Below, piece by piece: positions 43,185-52,807 of a stretch of 64,000 nucleotides of DNA. The DNA is from Chitinophaga pinensis (lineage in GTDB: Bacteria > Bacteroidota > Bacteroidia > NS11-12g > UBA955). The notes under the pieces are model-generated. The model had not been told where the DNA came from and searched no databases. It saw only the letters and a program-made list of their open reading frames with translations. The stretch covers positions 17,127 to 81,126 of the forward strand of contig CAMDAF010000007.1 of assembly GCA_945888525.1 (NCBI GenBank), read 5' to 3'. A program made the translations under genes and the position numbers. Every line of letters starts with the position of its first letter. Position 1 is the first letter of the stretch.

Positions 43185-44225
43185 TTGAGCATTACTAAAA
43201 AAGATATCCGATCATTTAACCTTGAAGCTTTGCAAGCAGAATTTGTAAGCGCTGGACACCCTGCTTTTAGAGGAAAACAAGCTTATGAATGGCTTTGGAA
43301 AAAAGGCGCGCGCTCTTTTGATGAAATGAGCAACCTTTCAATAGAAACCAGAAATTGGCTACACGAAAATTACAGCATTCTTTCTGTAACTATTTTAACC
43401 CAGCAGGTGAGTAATGACGGAACCATCAAATTGGCCTTCAAATTGCACGATGATGCCATTATTGAAGGGGTACTCATCCCAACAGAAACAAGAATGACGG
43501 CCTGTGTTAGCAGTCAAGTTGGGTGCAGCCTTAGTTGTTCTTTTTGCGCCACTGGTTTTCTTAAACGCCAACGCAACCTTGATGCTGCTGAAATTTACGA
43601 CCAAGTTTGGTTGATAGACAAATTGGCCAAAGAAACCTATAACATCCCACTTAGTAATATTGTTTTCATGGGTATGGGTGAGCCTTTGCTGAATTACAAC
43701 AATGTCATGTCTGGCATAGAAAAAATTACAAAACCAGAAGGTTTGGGTATGTCTCCTCAACGCATTACTGTTTCTACTGCAGGCATTGCAAAAATGATTA
43801 AAAAGCTAGGTGATGATGGCGTTAAATTTAACCTTGCTCTATCACTTCACGCAGCAAACAATGCCAAACGAAGCGCCATTATGCCAATTAATGACAGCAA
43901 TCCTTTAGAAGAATTGCAAGAAGCATTGAATTATTTTTACCAAAAAACAAAACGAAAAATCACTTTGGAGTACGCCGTAATGAATGATACCAACGACGGC
44001 AAAGAAGAAGCAGATGAATTGATAAAATTTGCGAAGAAAGTTCCTTGCAAAGTCAATCTCATAGAATACAATCCAATCGAATTGGCCAATTTCAAAGGAA
44101 GCAGTGTCGACAAAATTGCAGAATTCGGTCGCCGTGTCGAAGCCGCTGGTATTATTGTCAATGTTCGCCGCAGCCGTGGCAAAGACATTGATGCCGCTTG
44201 TGGCCAATTGGCAAACAAAATTTAA
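43185..44225 (+). CDS. rlmN: Dual-specificity RNA methyltransferase RlmN
   Basis: CVSSQVGCSLSCSFC, MGMGEP, SLHA, DIDAACGQL. TTG 43185 chosen because it follows TATCTTTG at 43168-43175. Confidence 0.95.
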   Translation: MSITKKDIRSFNLEALQAEFVSAGHPAFRGKQAYEWLWKKGARSFDEMSNLSIETRNWLHENYSILSVTILTQQVSNDGTIKLAFKLHDDAIIEGVLIPTETRMTACVSSQVGCSLSCSFCATGFLKRQRNLDAAEIYDQVWLIDKLAKETYNIPLSNIVFMGMGEPLLNYNNVMSGIEKITKPEGLGMSPQRITVSTAGIAKMIKKLGDDGVKFNLALSLHAANNAKRSAIMPINDSNPLEELQEALNYFYQKTKRKITLEYAVMNDTNDGKEEADELIKFAKKVPCKVNLIEYNPIELANFKGSSVDKIAEFGRRVEAAGIIVNVRRSRGKDIDAACGQLANKI

Positions 44226-44235
44226 ACCCATTAAC

Positions 44236-45111
44236 ATGCATAAAGCAGGATTTGTAAATATTATCGGAAAACCGAACGCTGGTAAAAGTACGCTTAGCAA
44301 CGCCCTGGTTGGCGAGCAATTAAGTATAATTACCCCTAAGGCAAGTACCACGCGACACCGAATTTTAGGAATTATCAATACAGACGAATACCAAATGGTT
44401 TTGTCTGACACCCCAGGCATTATTGAACCGGCCTATAAATTGCACGAAAGCATGATGCACGCTGTAAAAGACAGTATTGACGATGCCGATGTTTTAATTG
44501 TTCTTGTCGATGTTAGCAATCCAAATTTAATGGAAGAACATTTGGCTATGATTGTTGCAGCGAAATCTCCAATCTTGTTAATCGTCAACAAAATTGACTT
44601 GTCTACGCCAGCTGAAGTAAGCAAAGTCATTAATGAGCTATCAGCTGTTTTAAATCCTAAAGAAGTTTTCGCTATCTCTGCCTTGCACGGTTTGGATCCC
44701 CAAACACTCATAAACAGAATTGCTTCTTACTTACCAGAACATGAAGCTTTTTATCCGAAAGACCAGTTAACTGACCGCAACACCCGTTTTTTCACCAGTG
44801 AAATCATCCGTGAGAAAATATTTAATCTTTACGAGCAAGAGATTCCATATAGCACTGAAGTCATTGTTCACGATTATAAAGAAGAACAAAACATCGACAA
44901 AATATACGCTTATATCATTGTAGAACGCGATTCTCAAAAGGGAATTATAGTGGGCAAAAATGGAGAAGGTATAAAACGCATTGGCACTGAAGCCCGCAAA
45001 GACATTGAAAAATTTGTCGGCAAAAAAGTGTTTCTAGATTTGCGCGTGAAAGTGGAAGAAAACTGGCGCAAAAATGAATTGAAACTCAAACACTGGGGCT
45101 ACCTAGAATAA
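44236..45111 (+). CDS. era: GTPase Era
   Basis: GKPNAGKST, TTR, DTPG, NKID, KH domain GIIVGKNG. Confidence 0.96.
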   Translation: MHKAGFVNIIGKPNAGKSTLSNALVGEQLSIITPKASTTRHRILGIINTDEYQMVLSDTPGIIEPAYKLHESMMHAVKDSIDDADVLIVLVDVSNPNLMEEHLAMIVAAKSPILLIVNKIDLSTPAEVSKVINELSAVLNPKEVFAISALHGLDPQTLINRIASYLPEHEAFYPKDQLTDRNTRFFTSEIIREKIFNLYEQEIPYSTEVIVHDYKEEQNIDKIYAYIIVERDSQKGIIVGKNGEGIKRIGTEARKDIEKFVGKKVFLDLRVKVEENWRKNELKLKHWGYLE

Positions 45112-45122
45112 GCTGTTTATAT

Positions 45123-45596
45123 TTAATGCACCACTTTGTTGGCGCAATAACTGCTGGCAAAAGCGTCAGGCTTTGCTTTGAATGTAAAGCCCATGCCTCT
45201 TATATATCCCATAGCTTCCTTTAAAGAATCGTGGCTTTTAAAATTTGGATCGGTATTAATATCTGCATGAACTTCCATTTCAACATGATAGGCATCCAAT
45301 ACGGAGCACAAATCGTAAGCAATTTCTATCGATTTACTTACCTCCAACAACATTCTTTCCTTTAATGAAAAATGATTTTTAGTAATGAAAGAATTAAAAT
45401 ACATAAATCCGCCACTGTGTTCACGAATGAATACCACCGCAGTGGCAAACTCGACAATGTTTCTCTTCACTTGAGAATCTGTGCCAATACAAACTTTCAA
45501 ATGTGTGCCTTTTGCTTGTTCACGCAAAATGGCTTGTTCTACTTCTTGCTTAATCGGCAGTACGATTTGATCGCCGCCTAATTTTCTCCAAATCAT
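45123..45596 (-). CDS. Ribonuclease H-like YkuK family protein (DUF458)
   Basis: CIGTDSQ, ERMLLEV..S, EVHADIN, KPDAFASS..A. Confidence 0.85.
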   Translation of the reverse strand: MIWRKLGGDQIVLPIKQEVEQAILREQAKGTHLKVCIGTDSQVKRNIVEFATAVVFIREHSGGFMYFNSFITKNHFSLKERMLLEVSKSIEIAYDLCSVLDAYHVEMEVHADINTDPNFKSHDSLKEAMGYIRGMGFTFKAKPDAFASSYCANKVVH

Positions 45597-45736
45597 CGGT
45601 CATTATTTATTTACAAATCTTATGTTTCAGTGTGACGGTATCATTAATTTAGCATCAAACTATAGGACAATATACAAAATAAATTTAATTTCATCAAATA
45701 CCAAGCACAAGTTCCTAAAAACGAGAGAATTATAAC

Positions 45737-46723
45737 TTAAGATATATTTATTCTATTTCCAGCAACAACCCTACCAATTGGAAACAAAGATTCTAAATCT
45801 AAAGCTTCACTGCTGCATACCAATAGGCCTCCACTGGTTTGGGGATCACAAAGCCATAAGAACTCCAAACCATTCAGGCCATCACAATGTTCCTTTACAT
45901 AATTGTAATTACTGGTTGTAATATTTGGGTAAATCATTTTTTCTGCTAAACTTCTAGCTTCTTCAATCACCGGAATAGATTCTAGGTTCAAATCTGCCCC
46001 AAATTTACCACCTAGCATTTCTGTTAAATGCCCAAGCAATCCAAATCCAGTCACATCGGTCATGGCATTAACTGAAGAATTTCTTCCCAATTCAATTCCA
46101 ACAGTATTTAATCTACAGGCTGTTTCAATTAATATTAGATAGCCTTCTTCACTTAATAAATTGTGCTTAATGGCATTGGATAGCAAACCCAAACCCAAAG
46201 GTTTAGTAATATAAAAATAATCACCAAGCTGACAGGTATTCTTTCTTTTAATGTTTTGCTTCTCAATTATTCCGCTCACACTTAACCCAAATAAAGGCTC
46301 CTTGGTCTCAATAGAATGGCCTCCCGATATACTAATGCCAGCTTCTTTACAAATACTTTCAGCACCTTTTAAAACTTCTTTTGCCAACTCTAAAGGCAAA
46401 ACCTCCTGCGGCCAACCCAGCATCGAAAGCGCCATTATTGGTTTCCCTCCCATGGCGTATACATCGCTTAAGGCATTCGCTGCAGCAATGCGACCGAAGT
46501 CATAGGCATTGTTAACCAGTGGCAGAAAAAAATCAACCGTCTGTATTAAACACGTATCATTGTTTATTTCAATGATTGCAGCATCGTCTTTATCAATAAA
46601 ATCGACCAACAAAGATTGAACATCATTGCTTTTATGGTCTGATAAAATGGCGTGAAGTTTAATGGGATCAATTTTACATCCACAGCCACCACCGCGCGAA
46701 AACTCTAATAAATTATAGGACAT
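45737..46723 (-). CDS. selD: Selenide, water dikinase (Cys form)
   Basis: GGGCGCKI (TGT codons, no TGA), DDAA, TVDFF, NALSDVYAMGG, GGHS, DVTGFGLLGH, DPQTSGGLL. Confidence 0.95.
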   Translation of the reverse strand: MSYNLLEFSRGGGCGCKIDPIKLHAILSDHKSNDVQSLLVDFIDKDDAAIIEINNDTCLIQTVDFFLPLVNNAYDFGRIAAANALSDVYAMGGKPIMALSMLGWPQEVLPLELAKEVLKGAESICKEAGISISGGHSIETKEPLFGLSVSGIIEKQNIKRKNTCQLGDYFYITKPLGLGLLSNAIKHNLLSEEGYLILIETACRLNTVGIELGRNSSVNAMTDVTGFGLLGHLTEMLGGKFGADLNLESIPVIEEARSLAEKMIYPNITTSNYNYVKEHCDGLNGLEFLWLCDPQTSGGLLVCSSEALDLESLFPIGRVVAGNRINIS

Positions 46724-47708
46724 TGCGCATAACAACATTGGTTTTTGTACCATCTTTCATCATAACGGTGGCATAATAATAACCCTTCATTTTATGAGGC
46801 TTTGACAAAATTATAATCTGAGACACAATTTCATCTGCATTGTTGTTTTTTAATTTAATTTTTATGGTCTTTTTCTCAGCTGCTGTTAAAACAGTACTCT
46901 TGAAAAACATTTGCATATTGACCGCTTTTGGCAAATCATCTAGGGTTACCACATACTCTCCATTTTGCATATCCCCAAAAGTATTGCCTCTAGATACCAC
47001 TACTGGTTTGTTGATGTCTGCAATTAATGAATCCAATTTTTTTTCAGGGCGGCAATGCATGATCATTCTGTTTTCACATACAATAAACAACATATTGTTG
47101 CGTACATAATAAGCTGCCTTACCTTTTAGCCCTTCCATTATTCTTTGCTCTATTGCATCATTCGAACAAGCAAGCAAAGTGTTCTGGGCTACTCCAAATT
47201 GCAAAACACCATTTTCAATTAAGGTATTGGCAAAAAATGAATTGCAACCGGCAAAGCCACTCACAGTATTGCTGTCTGTATTAAACAAAACATAAGCACC
47301 GGCCTTTTTTGCTGGCGTTACCACACGGTCCATTTCCAAATTGATGATTTTCCATTTGTTGGCTGCCAACAATGCCTTATTGTCTAATACGGTTGAGCGG
47401 GTGTCAATTACACGGATCTGTTTGTAAGTGAATTTTGGGCCATTGTCTTCAGGAAATAAAATTGGTGTTTTTCCCATTTCAATATGAACCTCCACACCTG
47501 GTTCAAAAATAAAACCTTCAATCTCATAAGGAAATTCTCTCCAATTGCTGTCCAAATGCGATTTGATTTTCAAGCAACTGGTAATGGTGTTGTTGTATTG
47601 ACAGGCAACTTTTGAGTCGCCAATATAAATATTGATTGTCGTACTTCCTTGGGAAAAAGCCCAAGTGCAGGTGAAAAATAAAACGAAGGTGAAAATTACT
47701 TTTTTCAT
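46713..47708 (-). CDS. Exported DUF4377/META (HslJ-like) domain protein
   Basis: Signal peptide, IEGFIFEPG (DUF4377-like), SGFAGCNSF...TLLAC (META). Confidence 0.78.
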   Translation of the reverse strand: MKKVIFTFVLFFTCTWAFSQGSTTINIYIGDSKVACQYNNTITSCLKIKSHLDSNWREFPYEIEGFIFEPGVEVHIEMGKTPILFPEDNGPKFTYKQIRVIDTRSTVLDNKALLAANKWKIINLEMDRVVTPAKKAGAYVLFNTDSNTVSGFAGCNSFFANTLIENGVLQFGVAQNTLLACSNDAIEQRIMEGLKGKAAYYVRNNMLFIVCENRMIMHCRPEKKLDSLIADINKPVVVSRGNTFGDMQNGEYVVTLDDLPKAVNMQMFFKSTVLTAAEKKTIKIKLKNNNADEIVSQIIILSKPHKMKGYYYATVMMKDGTKTNVVMRNVL

Positions 47709-47720
47709 GTGGTCACAAAT

Positions 47721-48755
47721 TTAATTGAATTCAAGTGAATATTTATTTTGGTGCTTATACAAAAATTCTGCAATTTTAGTGTGATCCAAGTTTTCAAATG
47801 GAATTTTGACATAATCATGACAATTCCTTTTAATTCTTCCCATCTCATAAGCCTTGTCGTAATATTTAAATAGGCCATAGATTGCCGACGACAAATCGCC
47901 TTCTTGAACCAAGGCACAAATTTTTCTACATGCCTCATCACCTAATCGTTTATTTAGCTTCTGAATACAATACACCAACTCATCCGTTGTGTAGCGACCA
48001 TAATCTGCCTGGATAAATTTAACTCTATCTTCCAAAGGCACTGAAATTTCAACCCCTGCAGCTTCTTTCATATGGCTCCACAACTCAATAGGCAAGTGCA
48101 CCTTTCCAATGGTAAAGCTTTCGTTTTCAACCCAAATTACTTCTTTTGGATCGTAATGTTTCAGCTCTTCAAAAATCAAATTATGAAAAACCGCACTGCT
48201 CGGCTGCGCCTCATTTCCTAGAGCACCAAACACACTACCTTTGTGTTTTGCCAAGCCTTCCAAATCGAGAACCTGGGCACCTTTTGCTTTTAAAGCATGT
48301 AAGATTTCTGTTTTTCCGCTGCCAGTATGAGCACTCAAAACCAATATCCGCTTAAATTGAGCGATAAGGCTCAGCAAGTGGTTTCGAAATGCTTTATAGC
48401 CTCCATTCAAAACATAAACTGTGTAACCATTTTCCGAAAAAAATGACGCCATATGGTTGCTGCGCAAACCACCCCTTGCACAATACAAGGCAATGGTTTT
48501 ACCATGTACATTCTGATTGATGCTTTCGAGTAATTGCGGTTTGAGCGGATTTACCAATTCATACCCCAACTTAATTGCAGCATCCCTACCTTTCTGCTTA
48601 AATGTTTTTCCAATATGAATGCGGTTCTGATTGTTTAAAATTGGAATATTTATGGATAATTCTATATGCCCGGCTTCATATTCAGAAGGCGAACGAACAT
48701 CCACAATTGGCAATTGTAAATTTAAAAATTCTATGATTGACTGACGGACAATCAT
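47721..48755 (-). CDS. mnmH: tRNA 2-selenouridine(34) synthase
   Basis: DVRSPSEY, YCARGGLRS rhodanese loop, TGSGKT, DLEGLAKHKGSVFG, YYDKAY. Confidence 0.95.
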   Translation of the reverse strand: MIVRQSIIEFLNLQLPIVDVRSPSEYEAGHIELSINIPILNNQNRIHIGKTFKQKGRDAAIKLGYELVNPLKPQLLESINQNVHGKTIALYCARGGLRSNHMASFFSENGYTVYVLNGGYKAFRNHLLSLIAQFKRILVLSAHTGSGKTEILHALKAKGAQVLDLEGLAKHKGSVFGALGNEAQPSSAVFHNLIFEELKHYDPKEVIWVENESFTIGKVHLPIELWSHMKEAAGVEISVPLEDRVKFIQADYGRYTTDELVYCIQKLNKRLGDEACRKICALVQEGDLSSAIYGLFKYYDKAYEMGRIKRNCHDYVKIPFENLDHTKIAEFLYKHQNKYSLEFN

Positions 48756-50008
48756 GCGTCCAAAGCATCCATATCATCGGCACCCAATTCCAAGCCTTTA
48801 ATTTCTGAAACAGCCGACCCAGCAATACCTTTGACACTGCCAAACATACCAGCCGCGTTGGTCAATACTTTATCAATTTGTTTTTCACGTTCTTTCCAAA
48901 TCTTTTCCATAGAAACCCGCTCACTAATTATAGCCCTTTTCATGCTAAAGAACCCTTCGGTTATGGCTTCCATTTGATTTTTAAATTCATTACCCGTTAA
49001 ATAAGAATACAGCATTTGCATTTTCTCGCCCTTGTTCTCATTGGCCGAATTTGCTTCATTGATCCGGATAATACTTCCCCTAAGCACCATGGCCAAACTT
49101 TTAGCATCGTGGTAATGGCAAATGTAAATGCCTTCCTTTAAACCAAATCCATCCATATCTTTCGGCATGGCCTGGGTTACAATAACACCAATATCGCCAC
49201 CACTTTGTCTAAAATCGGTTTTAAATTTATCGATCCACAAAGGTTGAAAATCTTTTGTACGTTTACTTTCCCAAACGATGCTGCCGCATTCTTGACCAAG
49301 CTGATTCACCACCACCTGAATAAAATCTGCACCCTTCACCCCTTTGGCAACCTCTTGAATCTTATCCAAAGGAAAAGTATGCCTTAACATATCCTCTAAT
49401 GCCAATTCTTGCACCTCACCCTGCATTTGCATACTCCCTTGCTCTGATTTTCGCTTCATCTCTTCGATCAATTTGCGCTGATCTTCCATTTGCTTTTCCA
49501 TCTCTTTGATTTTAAGCTCGCTTTTTTGATCTGCCTCTTTTCCGAGTTTATCTTTCAGCTCAATCTCTTTTTCCAACAAAAGTTTTTTGGTTTCCAATTC
49601 TGTCGACTCGGTCAAATCTTTTAAGCGATTTTCAAGCTCCATCTTGTCAACTTCCAATTGCCTCATGGATTTTATTTTTGCTTCTTGCTCCCCGTTGGTC
49701 TTTTTCAATGACTGTAACATGGCCTCATTTTCTTGGGTCAACTGCAATTTAAGCTGGTTTTCTAATTCCTGCTTTTTATCAAAAAACTCTTTTTGTTGCT
49801 GCTCTATCCATTTACTGCGCTCGGTGGCGATGGCATCCTCTTTTTGTTTCAGAGATTCATCTGCTTTCTTCTTTTCGATTGAAAATTTTTCATTAAACTC
49901 TTTTCTTAACTTGGCATCTATCTCTTTTTCAATATCAGCAGTTAAGGCAGTTTCAATGTTAAATTCGTGCTCGCACTTTGGGCATTTAACTAAATTGTCA
50001 TGTTTCAT
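48752..50008 (-). CDS. DUF2130 family protein (Zn ribbon, coiled coil, PD-(D/E)xK-like C-terminus)
   Basis: KCPKC, long coiled coil, QGSMQMQGEVQEL, GAD...ESKRTK. Confidence 0.88.
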   Translation of the reverse strand: MKHDNLVKCPKCEHEFNIETALTADIEKEIDAKLRKEFNEKFSIEKKKADESLKQKEDAIATERSKWIEQQQKEFFDKKQELENQLKLQLTQENEAMLQSLKKTNGEQEAKIKSMRQLEVDKMELENRLKDLTESTELETKKLLLEKEIELKDKLGKEADQKSELKIKEMEKQMEDQRKLIEEMKRKSEQGSMQMQGEVQELALEDMLRHTFPLDKIQEVAKGVKGADFIQVVVNQLGQECGSIVWESKRTKDFQPLWIDKFKTDFRQSGGDIGVIVTQAMPKDMDGFGLKEGIYICHYHDAKSLAMVLRGSIIRINEANSANENKGEKMQMLYSYLTGNEFKNQMEAITEGFFSMKRAIISERVSMEKIWKEREKQIDKVLTNAAGMFGSVKGIAGSAVSEIKGLELGADDMDALDA

Positions 50009-50133
50009 AAATCGTTCTTACAAAACTAAGGAAAAGAAAAGGTAAAGTGTAATTTGAATTGCTAAAGATTTTAGTAATTGATTAAGTATTTTATAAAGTC
50101 ATTCTTCATTTATGACCTCTTTGAATTCTTTGG

Positions 50134-50282
50134 CTGCATCTCCCCTGCCTCCGCTTTAGCCAAGTATTTGAAAATATTTTCGTACTAAGTTCATTGAGCA
50201 AGCGCTTGCTGCCGCGCCGCGTTGCATGCAATACCTAAATTATATATAAAAACACTTGGGCTATCGCTGCGGCAGGGTGCAG
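50134..50282. repeat. Long imperfect inverted repeat enclosing internal palindromes
   Basis: CTGCAT..CCCTGCC.CCGC..TAGCCAAGTATTT (50134-50169) pairs with AAACACTTGGGCTA..GC.GCGGCAGGGTGCAG (about 50250-50282). Confidence 0.6.
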
Positions 50283-50294
50283 GTGGGGAGAGTG

Positions 50295-50441
50295 AGAGTG
50301 AATGTGAGAATGAATGTGAGTGTAAAGACAAATGACAGGGAGAATGTCCGCATTCGCTATGAGTCGGAACCCTTTAGAGTGAATGTGAGTGTGAATGTGA
50401 GTGTGAAGACAAAAATGAGAGTTAGAATGTCCGCATTCGCT
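50295..50441. repeat. Two ~65-bp imperfect direct repeats, each ending in a hairpin
   Basis: 50295-50358 and 50376-50441: AGAGTGAATGTGAG..TGAATGTGAGTGT.AAGACAAA...AGAATGTCCGCATTCGCT. Confidence 0.8.
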
Positions 50442-50463
50442 CCCACTCTCACTCTCATTTTTG

Positions 50464-50535
50464 TGGCTCCATCAGGGATCGAACCTGAATTTAGGGCTTC
50501 GGAAACCCTCGTTCTATCCGTTGAACTATAGAGCC
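50464..50535 (-). tRNA. tRNA-Arg (CCG)
   Basis: GGCTCTATAGTTCAACGGATAGAACGAGGGTTTCCGAAGCCCTAAATTCAGGTTCGATCCCTGATGGAGCCA; anticodon loop TTCCGAA; CCA not encoded. Confidence 0.95.
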
Positions 50536-51156
50536 TTTTGAGGCTGCAAAAGTAAGAACTTTTACGCGCTTATTTATGCAAAGTTTACCGGCCAATATCA
50601 TCTGCATTTAGATGAAATTGTCATATTTAAGTCATAAAACATTTTATATGAAACGTTCAATATAAAACAAACGTCTATAGTGAAAATGCAATTCTTAGTT
50701 TAGTAATCTAAGATTCCATTTCATACGCTGATGCAAAAGAGCCATTGTGAACATTCACCATGGCTTTTTTGTTTTTACTCAGCTTTATAAACAATCAAAT
50801 TCAAGTAAGTTTCAAGAATATTACCCAATATAAAAAGAATCGAGAACAGCTATTCGCAGACTTGCAGCAAAAGAAAAATCCTAATTTCAAGAATAAAACA
50901 AATAATACATTGTTTATCTGTTTGTTATACTTTAACTTTCATATTCATAAAATAAACTTTTTATGAAAATTTTGACACAAAAGTTTAAACTTTTACGTCT
51001 TTTGTTGGCTAAAAGTATAAAAAAAGTAAGAAATTAATATATAATTAGGCATTCAAGAGAATTTTATTAATTTTCAAGAAAACAAACAAAACATGTTGTG
51101 TATTTATTTTCACTTTTGCATTATTAATAAGTTAATAAATAAACCATTAAACGAAA

Positions 51157-51789
51157 ATGAACATCTCTAAAATATCAATCATTGGCAACAATAATTTTTA
51201 TGCACTTGGCATTAAAGTGATACTTCAAAGCTTACCTGCAACTCAGAACAGCGAAATAGCCATTTATGCGACTGGCGCTGACTACTTAAAATCTGACAAA
51301 GATTCTGATCTGGTTCTATTAAATATTATGCTTCCAGATATTGGTGGAATTAAATTTTGTCACACCATCAAATCTTACAATCCTGATTGCAAAGTAATCA
51401 TGATGTCAATTAGTGATGAAAGTGATTTGCACAATTGTCTTTCTTCAAAAGCAAATGGATTCTTAATAAAAGACTTTAAAGAAAAGGAATTGGAATTTGC
51501 AATCTATAAAGTATCCAACAACGAATACTATATAGATTCAAACTTGGTTCTGCGCTTATTAAGAAAAACGCCAAGCAACAAAAAAATGGAAACCAGCACT
51601 TTGAGTGAATTTGAACTAACGCTGCTACAATACATCTCAGACGAAATGACTGAAGTTGACTTGGTTGAAAAGCTTAACATACCAAGAGGTAAATTGTATT
51701 ACTACAAGAGGAAACTTTGCCGCAAATTGGACGTTAAAAATTCTGCTGGTTTGATTAAGAAAGCGGTATCTTTAAAATTAGTTAGCTAA
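51157..51789 (+). CDS. NarL/LuxR-family response regulator with atypical receiver
   Basis: REC fold (DLVLLNIMLP, GFLIK) plus C-terminal HTH (KLDVKNSAGLIK). Confidence 0.82.
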   Translation: MNISKISIIGNNNFYALGIKVILQSLPATQNSEIAIYATGADYLKSDKDSDLVLLNIMLPDIGGIKFCHTIKSYNPDCKVIMMSISDESDLHNCLSSKANGFLIKDFKEKELEFAIYKVSNNEYYIDSNLVLRLLRKTPSNKKMETSTLSEFELTLLQYISDEMTEVDLVEKLNIPRGKLYYYKRKLCRKLDVKNSAGLIKKAVSLKLVS

Positions 51790-51814
51790 TTAAATAATTT
51801 AAATAACTCAACTT

Positions 51815-51863
51815 ACTCACTATAAATCAATTAAGTCAAATTGATTCGTAGTGAGTTTTTTTT
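51815..51863 (+). terminator. Intrinsic terminator
   Basis: ACTCACTA.AAATCAATT...AATTGATT..TAGTGAGT followed by a T run. Confidence 0.75.
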
Positions 51864-52002
51864 ATTTGGTCTAAGCATAATTTGATTAAAAATATGACGT
51901 AATTTTTAAATAGAATATGTAAATTTGTAGGCTATCCAAGCAAAATATATTAATTTTCAAGGATATAATTAAGGTAATTACAAAATCTACTAACTAAAAA
52001 AA

Positions 52003-52755
52003 ATGAGCACAGACTACAAAAAAAAATGTATTATTGTTGATGACGATCCGCAAAACATTGCCATTTTAGAGCATATATGCAACGAATTTTTTAGCAATGA
52101 GATTGAAATCATAAATACCTTTAGCATTGCTACAGAAGCCCTAAAATTTATTAATTCTGAAAAGATTGATATAATTTTTTTAGACATCGAAATGCCTGTA
52201 TTAAGTGGTTTTGAATTAATTAGCGCTATTCCCGAGCAATCAAAAGCTAAAATCATTATTGTCAGTGCACACGATCAATATGCACTCAAAGCTTTCCGCC
52301 ATTCCGTTTTTGATTTCCTTAAAAAACCAGTAAGTATTGCTGATATTAGGGAATGTTTAAATAAAATTGAAAAACAAACAAGTTCAAATAGCCATTTCAA
52401 CGAGCATGAGATTTCAGACAATATACTTGTTGTCAATAGACAAGATAAAACTATTTTTATAGATATCACACAAATCCTTAGAATGGAAGCGGCAGGTTCT
52501 TATACTGATATTTATTTGGAAGATGGGACCAAAATTAATTCAACCAAAAAAATGAATTATTATGAGACCATATTGAGTAAGCATCCTTTTTACAAATTGC
52601 ATAGAAGTCATTTCGTTAATCTGAATAAAATTCGTGAAATCATCAAAAACGAAGGAGATGGAATGGTTGTTATGCAAGATGGCAGCAAAATTGAAATTTC
52701 AAGAGCAAAAAAAGACGAATTCTTGAGATCAATTATCAAAGACAAGAAGCTCTAA
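52003..52755 (+). CDS. LytTR-family response regulator
   Basis: IVDDD, FLDIEMP, DFLKKP, LHRSHFVNL, ISRAKK. Confidence 0.93.
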   Translation: MSTDYKKKCIIVDDDPQNIAILEHICNEFFSNEIEIINTFSIATEALKFINSEKIDIIFLDIEMPVLSGFELISAIPEQSKAKIIIVSAHDQYALKAFRHSVFDFLKKPVSIADIRECLNKIEKQTSSNSHFNEHEISDNILVVNRQDKTIFIDITQILRMEAAGSYTDIYLEDGTKINSTKKMNYYETILSKHPFYKLHRSHFVNLNKIREIIKNEGDGMVVMQDGSKIEISRAKKDEFLRSIIKDKKL

Positions 52756-52807
52756 TTTATCTATTTTCAGATTTTTATTTTGCGCATAGAAAAGCGCGTC
52801 GTTCAAA

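Noticed and set aside
44104-44235. N-terminal extensions on Era (also RidA, HMA, SelD, RlmN, subunit II) in the ORF track
   Set aside because: Artefacts of longest-ORF calling; downstream starts fit family lengths, promoters and neighbouring stops better.
46660-46723. Selenocysteine in the SelD active site, or other selenoproteins
   Set aside because: Both GCGCK cysteines are TGT. I saw no in-frame TGA read-through candidates, selA/selB or tRNA-Sec in the window.
50295-50441. Possible mini-CRISPR array
   Set aside because: Only two ~65-bp degenerate low-complexity units with a 17-nt spacer, and no cas genes in the window.
50256-50531. 91-aa ORF (RVNVRMNVSV...)
   Set aside because: It is a translation of the hexamer repeat and runs antisense across the tRNA.
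50760-50966. 68-aa ORF in the AT-rich spacer
   Set aside because: Low-complexity F/K/N composition with no motif; probably a chance ORF in a regulatory region.
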